Below, piece after piece: positions 1-10,525 of a stretch of DNA of 36,983 nt. The notes under the pieces were generated by a model. That model saw only the letters and a program-made list of their open reading frames with translations. It had not been told where the DNA came from and did not search any database. Source of the DNA: Nemertoderma westbladi (taxonomy: Eukaryota > Animalia > Xenacoelomorpha); NCBI GenBank assembly GCA_032718475.1, contig JAUCBJ010002903.1, forward strand, positions 1 to 36,983. The letters are read 5' to 3'. The position numbers and the translations under genes were made by a program. Numbering within the stretch: the stretch's first letter is position 1; each line of letters opens with the position of its first letter.

Positions 1-54
1 CACATCCTCACTACCGAACCCATCCAAGCGGTTATTACGTGAACTGAATTGTTT
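1..54 (-). CDS. EVI5: Probable next EVI5-like exon, truncated by the window edge (KQFSSRNNRLDGFGSEDV...)
   Basis: On the minus strand an AT-rich acceptor (...TTTTAATTAG, AG at 56-55) is followed by 18 open codons in phase 0, matching the phase-0 donor at 6129. Little sequence similarity is recognisable. Confidence 0.5.
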
Positions 55-121
55 CTAATTAAAATATATTAAATTTGATAAAATATGCAATCTTTACATA
101 TTACCAATGATGGGATTCCAG

Positions 122-3100
122 AAACACAAAGACTCACCTGGTAGAACAAGGTCACGTGATGTGAGTCTATAAACACGACTCACCTGGTAGAACAAGGTCA
201 CGTGATGTGAGTCTATAAACACGACTCACCTGGTGGAACAAGGTCAAGTGATGTGAGTCTATAAACACGACTCACCTGGTAGAACAAGGTCACGTGATGT
301 GAGTCTATAAACACGACTCACCTGGTGGAACAAGGTCACCTGATGTGAGTCTATAAACACGACTCACCTGGAAGAACAAAGTCACGTGATGTGAGTCTAT
401 AAACACGACTCACCAGGAAGAACAAAGTCACGTGATGTGAGTCTATAAACACGACTCACCTGGAAGAACAAAGTCACGTGATGTGAGTCTATAAACACGA
501 CTCACCTGGTAGAACAAGGTCAAGTGATGTGAGTCTATAAACACGACTCACCTGGTGGAACAAGGTCACGTGATGTGAGTCTATAAACACGACTCACCTG
601 GTGGAACAAGGTCACCTGATGTGAGTCTATAAACACGACTCACCTGGAAGAACAAAGTCACGTGATGTGAGTCTATAAACACGACTCACCTGGAAGAACA
701 AAGTCACGTGATATGAGTCTATAAACACGACTCACCTGGTAGAACAAGGTCACGTGATGTGAGTCGATAAACACAAAGACTCACCTAGTAGAACAAAGTC
801 ACGTGATGTGAGTCGATAAACACGACTCATCTGGAAGAACAAAGTCACGTGATGTGAGTCTATATACACAAAACTCACCTGGTAGAACAAGATCATGTGA
901 TGTGAGTCGATAAACACAGAGACTCACCTAGTAGAACAAAGTCACGTGATGTGAGTCGATAAACACGACTCACCTGGAAGAACAAAGTCACCTGATGTGA
1001 GTCTATAAATACAAAACTCACCTGGTAGAACAAGGTCACGTGATGTGAGTCGATAAACACGACTCACCTGGAAGAACAAAGTCACGTGATGTGAGTCGAT
1101 AAACACGACTCATCTGGAAGAACAAAGTCACGTGATGTGAGTCTATATACACAAAACTCACCTGGTAGAACAAGGTCACGTGATGTGAGTCGATAAACAC
1201 AAAGACTCACCTAGTAGTCGATAAACACAAAGACTCACCTAGTAGTCGATAAACACGACTCACATGGAAGAACAAAGTCGCGTGATGTGAGTCTATAAAC
1301 ACGACTCACCTGGAAGAACAAATCAGGTGATGTGAGTCAATAAACACGACTCACCTGGTAGAACAAGGTCACGTGATATGAGTCTATAAACACGACTCAC
1401 CTGGAAGAACAAAGTCACGTGATGTGAGTCTATAAACACGACTCACCTGGTAGACCAAGGTCACCTGATGTGAGTCTATAAACACGACTCATCTGGAAGA
1501 ACAAAGTCACGTGATGTGAGTCTATAAACACGACTCACCTGGTAGAACAAGGTCACGTGATGTGAGTCTATAAACACGACTCACCTGGAAGAACAAAGTC
1601 ACGTGATGTGAGTCTATAAACACGACTCACCTGGTAGAACAAGGTCACGTGATGTGAGTCTATAAACACGACTCACCTGGAAGAACAAAGTCACGTGATG
1701 TGAGTCTATAAACACGACTCACCTGGTAGAACAAGGTCACGTGATGTGAGTCTATAAACACGACTCACCTAGTGGAACAAAGTCACGTGATGTGAGTCGA
1801 TAAACACGACTCATCTGGAAGAACAAAGTCACGTGATGTGAGTCTATATACACAAAACTCACCTGGTAGAACAAGGTCACGTGATGTGAGTCGATAAACA
1901 CAAAGACTCACCTAGTAGAACAAAGTCACGTGATGTGAGTCGATAAACACGACTCACCTGGAAGAACAAAGTCACGTGATGTGAGTCGATAAACACGACT
2001 CACCTGGAAGAACAAAGTCACCTGATGTGAGTCTATAAATACAAAACTCACCTGGTAGAACAAGGTCACGTGATGTGAGTCGATAAACACAAAGACTCAC
2101 CTAGTAGAACAAAGTCACGTGATGTGAGTCGATAAACACGACTCACCTGGAAGAACAAAGTCACGTGATGTGAGTCGATAAACACGACTCATCTGGAAGA
2201 ACAAAGTCACGTGATGTGAGTCTATATACACAAAACTCACCTGGTAGAACAAGGTCACGTGATGTGAGTCGATAAACACAAAGACTCACCTAGTAGAACA
2301 AAGTCACGTGATGTGAGTCGATAAACACGACTCACCTGGAAGAACAAAGTCACCTGATGTGAGTCTATAAATACAAAACTCACCTGGTAGAACAAGGTCA
2401 CGTGATGTGAGTCTATAAACACGACTCACCTGGAAAAACAAAGTGACGTGATGTGAGTCTATAAACACGACTCACCTGGTAGAACAAGGTCACCTGATAT
2501 GAGTCTATAAACACGACTCATCTGGAAGAACAAAGTCACGTGATGTGAGTCCATAAACACGACTCACCTGGTAGAACAAGGTCACGTGATGTGAGTCTAA
2601 AAACACGACTCACCTGGAAGAACAAAGTCACGTGATGTGAGTCTATAAACACGACTCACCTGGAAGAAAAAAGTCACGTGATGTGAGTCGATAAACACGA
2701 CTCACCTGGAAGAACAAAGTCACGTGATGTGAGTCGATAAACACGACTCACCTGGAAGAACAAAGTCACGTGATGTGAGTCGATAAACACAACTCACCAG
2801 AAAGAACAAAGTCACGTGATGTGAGTCGATAAACACGACTCACCTGGAAGAACAAAGTCACGTGATGTGAGTCTATAAACACGACTCACCTGGTAGAACA
2901 AGGTCACCTGATGTGAGTCTATAAACACGACTCATCTGGAAGAACAAAGTCACGTGATGTGAGTCTATAAACACGACTCACTTGGTAGAACAAGGTCACG
3001 TGATGTGAGTCTATAAACACGACTCACCTGGAAGAACAAAGTCACGTGATGTGAGTCTATAAACACGACTCACCTGGAAGAACAAAGTCACGTGATGTGA

Positions 3101-6100
3101 GTCTATAAACACGAGTCACCTGGTAGAACAAGGTCACCTGATGTGAGTCTATAAACACGACTCATCTGGAAGAACAAAGTCACGTGATGTGAGTCTATAA
3201 ACACGACTCACCTGGTAGAACAAGGTCACGTGATGTGAGTCTATAAACACGACTCACCTGGAAGAACAAAGTCACGTGATGTGAGTCTATAAACACGACT
3301 CACCTGGAAGAACAAAGTCACGTGATGTGAGTCGATAAACACGACTCACCTGGAAGAACAAAGTCACGTGATGTGAGTATTGTGAGTTGATAAACACGAC
3401 TCACCTGGAAGAACAAAGTCACGTGATGTGAGTCTATAAACACGACTCACCTGGTAGAACAAGGTCAAGTGATGTGAGTCTATAAACACGACTCACCTGG
3501 TGGAACAAGGTCACGTGATGTGAGTCTATAAACACGACTCACCTGGTGGAACAAGGTCACCTGATGTGAGTCTATAAACACGACTCACCTGGAAGAACAA
3601 AGTCACGTGATGTGAGTCTATAAACACGACTCACCTGGAAGAACAAAGTCACGTGATATGAGTCTATAAACACGACTCACCTGGTAGAACAAGGTCACGT
3701 GATGTGAGTCGATAAACACAAAGACTCACCTAGTAGAACAAAGTCACGTGATGTGAGTCGATAAACACGACTCATCTGGAAGAACAAAGTCACGTGATGT
3801 GAGTCTATATACACAAAACTCACCTGGTAGAACAAGATCACGTGATGTGAGTCGATAAACACAGAGACTCACCTAGTAGAACAAAGTCACGTGATGTGAG
3901 TCGATAAACACGACTCACCTGGAAGAACAAAGTCACCTGATGTGAGTCTATAAATACAAAACTCACCTGGTAGAACAAGGTCACGTGATGTGAGTCGATA
4001 AACACAAAGACTCACCTTGTAGAACAAAGTCACGTGATGTGAGTAAGTCACGTGATGTGAGTCGATAAACACGACTCATCTGGAAGAACAAAGTCACGTG
4101 ATGTGAGTCTATATACACAAAACTCACCTGGTAGAACAAGGTCACGTGATGTGAGTCGATAAACACAAAGACTCACCTAGTAGTCGATAAACACAAAGAC
4201 TCACCTAGTAGTCGATAAACACGACTCACATGGAAGAACAAAGTCGCGTGATGTGAGTCTATAAACACGACTCACCTGGAAGAACAAATCAGGTGATGTG
4301 AGTCTATAAACACGACTCACCTGGTAGAACAAGGTCACGTGATATGAGTCTATAAACACGACTCACCTGGAAGAACAAAGTCACGTGATGTGAGTCTATA
4401 AACACGACTCACCTGGTAGACCAAGGTCACCTGATGTGAGTCTATAAACACGACTCATCTGGAAGAACAAAGTCACGTGATGTGAGTCTATAAACACGAC
4501 TCACCTGGTAGAACAAGGTCACGTGATGTGAGTCTATAAACACGACTCACCTGGAAGAACAAAGTCACGTGATGTGAGTCTATAAACACGACTCACCTGG
4601 TAGAACAAGGTCACGTGATGTGAGTCTATAAACACGACTCACCTGGAAGAACAAAGTCACGTGATGTGAGTCTATAAACACGACTCACCTGGTAGAACAA
4701 GGTCAAGTGATGTGAGTCTATAAACACGACTCACCTGGTGGAACAAGGTCACGTGATGTGAGTCTATAAACACGACTCACCTGGTGGAACAAGGTCACCT
4801 GATGTGAGTCTATAAACACGACTCACCTGGAAGAACAAAGTCACGTGATGTGAGTCTATAAACACGACTCACCTGGAAGAACAAAGTCACGTGATATGAG
4901 TCTATAAACACGACTCACCTGGTAGAACAAGGTCACCTGATATGAGTCTATAAACACGACTCATCTGGAAGAACAAAGTGACGTGATGTGAGTCTATAAA
5001 CACGACTCACCTGGTAGAACAAGGTCACCTGATATGAGTCTATAAACACGACTCATCTGGAAGAACAAAGTCACGTGATGTGAGTCCATAAACACGACTC
5101 ACCTGGTAGAACAAGGTCACGTGATGTGAGTCTAAAAACACGACTCACCTGGAAGAACAAAGTCACGTGATGTGAGTCTATAAACACGACTCACTTGGTA
5201 GAACAAGGTCACGTGATGTGAGTCTATAAACACGACTCACCTGGAAGAACAAAGTCACGTGATGTGAGTCTATAAACACGACTCACCTGGAAGAACAAAG
5301 TCACGTGATGTGAGTCTATAAACACGAGTCACCTGGTAGAACAAGGTCACCTGATGTGAGTCTATAAACACGACTCATCTGGAAGAACAAAGTCACGTGA
5401 TGTGAGTCTATAAACACGACTCACCTGGTAGAACAAGGTCACGTGATGTGAGTCTATAAACACGACTCACCTGGAAGAACAAAGTCACGTGATGTGAGTC
5501 TATAAACACGACTCACCTGGAAGAACAAAGTCACGTGATGTGAGTCGATAAACACGACTCACCTGGAAGAACAAAGTCACGTGATGTGAGTATTGTGAGT
5601 TGATAAACACGACTCACCTGGAAGAACAAAGTCACGTGATGTGAGTCTATAAACACGACTCACCTGGTAGAACAAGGTCACGTGATGTGAGTCGATAAAC
5701 ACAAAGACTCACCTGGTAGAACAAGGTCACGTGATGTGAGTCGATAAACACGACTCACCTGGAAGAACAAAGTCACGTGATGTGAGTCTATAAATACGAC
5801 TCACCTGGAAGAACAAAGTCACGTGATGTGAGTCTATAAACACGACTCACCTGGTAGAACAAGGTCACGTGATGTGAGTCTATAAACACGACTCACCTGG
5901 AAAAACAAAGTCACGTGATGTGAGTCTATAAACACGACTCACGAGGAAGAACAAGGTTACGTGATGTGAGTCGATAAACACGACTCACCTGGAAGAACAA
6001 AGTCACGTGATGTAAGTCGATAAACACGACTCACCTGGAAGAACAAAGTCACGTGATGTAAGTCGATAAACACGACTCACCTGGAAGAACAAAGTCACGT

Positions 6101-6138
6101 GATGTGAGTCGATAAACACAAAGACTCACCTGGCAGAA
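122..6138. repeat. 46-bp satellite (with 48-bp variants), roughly 130 copies, filling an EVI5 intron
   Basis: Unit CTCACCTGG(T/A)AGAACAA(G/A)GTCACGTGATGTGAGTC(T/G)ATAAACACGA repeats head-to-tail with no unique spacers. Confidence 0.98.
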
Positions 6139-6273
6139 CTGATCCACTTCATTGACTTTCTTCTTTAGTTCCCTCAGATTAGAATTAGCTTCGGCTTCAC
6201 GTAGTTTCACAGCGACCAGTTCATCTTGCAATGCGTCGACGGTGGGGTCACTGCGAGAGAGAGATTCCTTCTC
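6130..6273 (-). CDS. EVI5: EVI5-like coiled-coil exon, 48 codons (EKESLSRSDPTVDALQDELVAVKLREAEANSNLRELKKKVNEVDQFCQ)
   Basis: TAG acceptor at 6276-6274, CAG|GTGAGT donor at 6129, phase 0/0. Resembles the EVI5 segment LQEELIAVKLREAEA...LKELRQQV recalled from vertebrate EVI5. Confidence 0.9.
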
Positions 6274-6838
6274 CTATACATATCGTAAATATTATTAGTT
6301 AATTCGGATTGGGCTAGAGGCAAAACTGGATACAAAAAAGCAGCGCTAAATGTATTGAAATACTCATTTAGTGTATATTTCATAATATATGTGTATCAAA
6401 TTGGGATAGGTGTCAGTTTATCAGTGATTAAATACAAAAAGCACCAATGCACCTAAAAGCAGCTGGACGGTACGTTCTGGAACACAATGATATCTATAGA
6501 TACCGTATAATGTGTTCGAGGTTTTGTTTTCAATTGGGTTCTATAATAGTTAAATTGCACGAAAAAAATCACAATAATTGCGGAACCAACATCAGGGTTT
6601 GTTTTTTGGTTTGCTGATGTTTGTTAAATTATATTGTAAATGGAAAATAGTTATTTTGTGTCAGAAGTAAAATTATAATCTAAAGTTATAAACTCTAAAG
6701 AATTATAGTCTAAATCACTACATACCTATCAAAAATATATATCCCCCCCCACCCCGCCCCGACAACAAATATATAATTGTAATAATACACAATGTTTGTA
6801 CATTGTGCAAAATACAATATAAATTCAATCACTATATC

Positions 6839-7065
6839 TACATTTTCCCACGGGCAAGTTAAGTGATCTTATTCTATAATAATAACAGGTATTACAGTGT
6901 TGGAGTCAATGGCTAAGTCAAAGCCAAGCTAACATTAAAGCATAGAACATCGCCGTGACCGTCACAAAAGTCGACACCCCCTCCTCCCTCTGTCACAAAT
7001 TGTCACGCAAGCTCTACCCCCCCCCCCCCCTCCCCCAGTGCGTGACATACTTTATGAACGCCCCC
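6839..7065 (-). mobile_element. Dispersed repeat, DNA-transposon (MITE-like) end; inverted copy at 36664-36983
   Basis: Near-identical reverse complement of 36664-36983, which carries an extra ~85-bp segment. The terminus GGGGGCGTTCATAAAGTA is TIR-like. Confidence 0.7.
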
Positions 7066-7105
7066 AAAGTCTCTTTTCTCTGGCACTGGTCTCCGACGTA
7101 TTGGG

Positions 7106-7382
7106 CCCATATGAAGAATACCAGACTTTCTGCCGTTATATTTCACTTTGCAGTTACCCCCATGTGAAGAATACCAGGTTTTCACCAAAAACACAAGTTA
7201 CAGAAGGGCCGAATCTAACCAAAACAATAAATGAATTAGTATATGTTCAGGTTATATGACAGAAATAAGCGCTATAAAACACTTAAAAAATAAAGTTAAA
7301 TTTAAAAAAATAAAAATTTTCATATATAAAATTCCAATAAAAAGTCGACCGAAAACTGAAATCCTGGTATTCTTCACTTGGG
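7106..7382. mobile_element. ~277-bp MITE, copy 1
   Basis: TIRs CCCATATGAAGAATACCAGACTTTC / GAAATCCTGGTATTCTTCACTTGGG, flanked by the direct repeat CGACGTATTGGG (7094-7105, 7383-7394). A second copy lies at ~29783-30058. Confidence 0.8.
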
Positions 7383-7442
7383 CGACGTATTGGGTAGGTC
7401 TCCGGTTCACCGGGATTAAGAACAAGTCTCTGTTTCAACATT

Positions 7443-7578
7443 AGTAGATCATCTATTTTCATTTGTAATTCTCTAATGTTCAACTTACTTTAAGTAGATC
7501 ATCTATTTTCATTTGTAATTCTCTAATGTTCAACTTACTTTAAGTAGATCATCTATTTTCCTTTGTAATTCTCTGATG
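7443..7578. repeat. 50-bp tandem duplication (~2.7 copies) spanning an EVI5 exon/intron boundary
   Basis: AGTAGATCATCTATTTTCATTTGTAATTCTCTAATGTTCAACTTACTTTA occurs at 7443 and 7493, with a partial exonic copy from 7543. Confidence 0.92.
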
Positions 7579-7685
7579 GTGCACTGTCCTTCTGCGTCAT
7601 TAAGCTTTGCCGTAAACATGTTTTCCTGCATCTCTCTAATGAGGTCTTCCGATTCAGTGAGAGCCGACGGATTCAAAATACCCAA
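7539..7685 (-). CDS. EVI5: EVI5-like coiled-coil exon, 49 codons (LGILNPSALTESEDLIREMQENMFTAKLNDAEGQCTIRELQRKIDDLLK); not in the ORF track
   Basis: Acceptor TTTTTATTTTTTCCAG (AG at 7687-7686), donor AAA|GTAAGT at 7538, phase 0/0. Resembles EVI5 ...ARLSEAESQCALKEMQDKVLDIEK. Confidence 0.85.
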
Positions 7686-8650
7686 CTGGAAAAAATAAAA
7701 AAGGGATATGAGCGAATACTAATTAAAAAGTAAGATGGGAAATTCATTCAATCCGAGAAAACAGTTAGCATAAAACAACATTAAAATAGGACATGGGGTC
7801 TTATTCCCTCAGATACTAGCATTTAGGGCCACTTGGGCCACTGTTAGTACTCCACTCGAAGGCACTAAGGCCCATTAAAAAACTGAAATACCAAATTAAT
7901 CTAACTAAAGTCGTGGTTGTCTAACATCATAGAATAAAAACACATTCACATTCAACACCATCATCAACACCACAATATTCTGTAAATAAGATTACATGAA
8001 AGCGATGGGATTATTTGAAAAACGGAGATGGGACTTGAGTGACACTGCTAGTTAGGAGATTCCCGGTTGCCTCGGGTAGAGAGATAGATAAGATTAATTC
8101 GTTCCAGTAGAGATGAGTCACTGACTGACATGTATCCGTTGCTGCTTGAAATTCACCGTCACATTACTTTATTTTTGCATTAGCTGCAACATTAATTGGC
8201 AACGGCAAGAAATATCAAAGGAATGTGATCCCCAAACGACGACTACAATATTGAAGGAAATAAAAAGGGCGTAACTGAGAACGAATCGTGAAATGTATGC
8301 TATGTGTATACAGTATTGGCTTGCCTCCAGGCATAATTGTATTGCCTTGAGACAGTATAAACATTACACACACGTATTGCACAAGACAGTATGCTTCCAT
8401 CCTCAGCATAGCTACCGCTCACAAACCAATTACCTGGTAGATAAAGCAAGATCGTGCAATTACTTGCAGGCACCCAACTGGCAACCCAAATATAACAAGA
8501 CACTTGGAAGAAAAGCCGCTGAATTGATCATTTCCGCCATGACGGGAAAAATCCAAATAGATTTATTAACTACGTATCATATTATATCTGAAGTCGTGAT
8601 CTGCATAAATTATTAGGCCGAGAACGTGAGTAACTCAGTAGGATTAGTCA

Positions 8651-10525
8651 ATGTCGATTTGGAGGTGGAAAAAGAAGATATGTCTGTTATTGTTTTGGAT
8701 ATTTACTTTGGACTGCATTTTGTATGCGTTGTCCCGTTATATATGTGGCAGTGGCGTTTACTGCCAGAATACCTCCACATACATACATCATACGGGCATA
8801 GGTGAAAAATTTATCAAATCTGTGGCGTATTTTCAAGGGGGAAGAGCAGCCAATAAGAAGGCAGATAAACAAAAATATATTAAACTTCCTTGGAACAGTA
8901 CAAGTGAACAACTTAAACACTCATTTAATGTAAAAAGAGAAATTATCGATACTAGACACCTAAGGTGCAAATATAAGGTATTTAAAAAAGAGTTACCGAA
9001 TACTAGCATAATCCTTGTGTTTGGTGAAGAGAAATTAGAGAACTTGATTAGAACATTACACAGCTGTATCGAAAGGAGCCCTAAGGTTCTTATTAAAGAA
9101 TTGATACTTGTAGACGTTGGTGGTAGATTTGATGAACACCTGGCTAATTACGCCAACGCAAACTTCCGCGTAAAGGTGATAATTAAACGAACCGACTCAG
9201 CAATTGGCCTGGTGAAAGCGCGCCAACTAGCGGCAGACATCGCCGTTGGGGATACGTTGACCTTCCTGGAGTCGGATAGTGAGTGCAACGTTGGTTGGTT
9301 GGAACCGTTGCTACAGGCAACCGTTGATCTACCCAAAGCGGTTGTCTCGCCGCAGGTTGATACGTTGATCGGGGAGACACAGGATTACCAATCAGGAGGT
9401 GAGAGTAAACGCGGAACGTTCGACTGGGAGTTGAACCTCCAATGGAGCAAAACCTTCGACACACGGAGGTCAGGGAGTGGCGTAATCAAATCACCGGTGC
9501 TACCCACTGGGTTGGCCAGTATTTCTAGAGAGTACTTCTCAGATCTGAAGGGATTTAACGGCGATCTGCGTACAGTAATTGCCGCTGGCACGGAACTCAG
9601 TCTTATGTCGTGGGGTTGTGGTGGCGATGGAGTAGTCATAGACCCCTGCAGTCGGGTGGGTCTTCCTGACAGACGGATGAGGACAGACCTGGAACAGGTA
9701 AGCGAGGGACGGACGGGGCGAGCCGCATACTTAGCAGACGTTAAGGTAATCACCAAGGTTTGGTTGGACAAATACAGAGATGTGATTGAATTAGCGGTGC
9801 CACAACTGGAGTTAGTGTTTTCTCCGGAAGTGACGTCACGGGCAAAGCTCAGGGAGTCGTTGGGGTGTCAATCATTCTCTGGGTATTTGGAGTCAGCGTG
9901 GCCGAATTCCCCTTTAATAAAGGTTTACGGCCGTTTGTGCCAGGCCACCAACATCGGGACGGGGCTGTGTCTGAATGTTGAAACGGTCGGGACCGATAGG
10001 ACGCGACCTATCGCAACCATGCCAACCGTGTCCCTCGGGCGTTGCACAATGAGCGGCGGCCCCCAACTATGGGCCTACACGGAGAACCTGGAACTGCGAC
10101 ACGATAACCACTGCCTAGCGACCGCGTCCGGGGGCAGAGTGGTACTGCAACGTTGCGAAATCGACAACGACGGTCAAAGATGGTACTTCGTGGACAAGGA
10201 TGCCGTGTACCGCTACGTGAGTGATCGGATGGGTTTAATGGCTCCACCGGTCGCGGGAATCGGTTTACAAGACCCCGAGATGTTGTCTCGCAGGAACTTC
10301 GAATCGGGTGAGTCCCGCCTGCTGATGGCCGCCGATGGAGGACTCTGTCTGACCGCTACAGACCGTGGGTTGGGTCTTGGGATATGCGCCAAGGATGAAC
10401 ATTCGGGACTCCTCGCAAAGAGTTTATGGAACCTCGATAGATTCTACACGACAGGGGAAATAAACGACAGGAAGAGGCCGCGATTGCCTTCAGTGCAGAT
10501 CCTACGGAGTAGAACTAATAGTTAA
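8651..10525 (+). CDS. Intronless polypeptide GalNAc-transferase-like protein (GT27 fold plus ricin-B lectin domain), 624 aa, probably catalytically impaired
   Basis: N-terminal type II TM segment, LPNTSIILVF, KELILVD, GLVKAR, ECNVGWLEPLL, RGTFDWEL, PCSRVG, VWLDKY, and a C-terminal Cys pattern with QLW/QRW ricin repeats. Confidence 0.92.
   Translation: MSIWRWKKKICLLLFWIFTLDCILYALSRYICGSGVYCQNTSTYIHHTGIGEKFIKSVAYFQGGRAANKKADKQKYIKLPWNSTSEQLKHSFNVKREIIDTRHLRCKYKVFKKELPNTSIILVFGEEKLENLIRTLHSCIERSPKVLIKELILVDVGGRFDEHLANYANANFRVKVIIKRTDSAIGLVKARQLAADIAVGDTLTFLESDSECNVGWLEPLLQATVDLPKAVVSPQVDTLIGETQDYQSGGESKRGTFDWELNLQWSKTFDTRRSGSGVIKSPVLPTGLASISREYFSDLKGFNGDLRTVIAAGTELSLMSWGCGGDGVVIDPCSRVGLPDRRMRTDLEQVSEGRTGRAAYLADVKVITKVWLDKYRDVIELAVPQLELVFSPEVTSRAKLRESLGCQSFSGYLESAWPNSPLIKVYGRLCQATNIGTGLCLNVETVGTDRTRPIATMPTVSLGRCTMSGGPQLWAYTENLELRHDNHCLATASGGRVVLQRCEIDNDGQRWYFVDKDAVYRYVSDRMGLMAPPVAGIGLQDPEMLSRRNFESGESRLLMAADGGLCLTATDRGLGLGICAKDEHSGLLAKSLWNLDRFYTTGEINDRKRPRLPSVQILRSRTNS

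Noticed and set aside
122-6138. CRISPR-like array, or short ORFs in the 46-bp repeat
   Set aside because: There are no unique spacers and no cas genes, and the context is eukaryotic with spliced genes. The 61-aa ORFs are translations of the repeat.
8687-10247. Minus-strand ORFs within the GALNT-like gene as possible EVI5 exons
   Set aside because: No coiled-coil or EVI5 similarity, and the flanking EVI5 exons already join in phase and colinearly.
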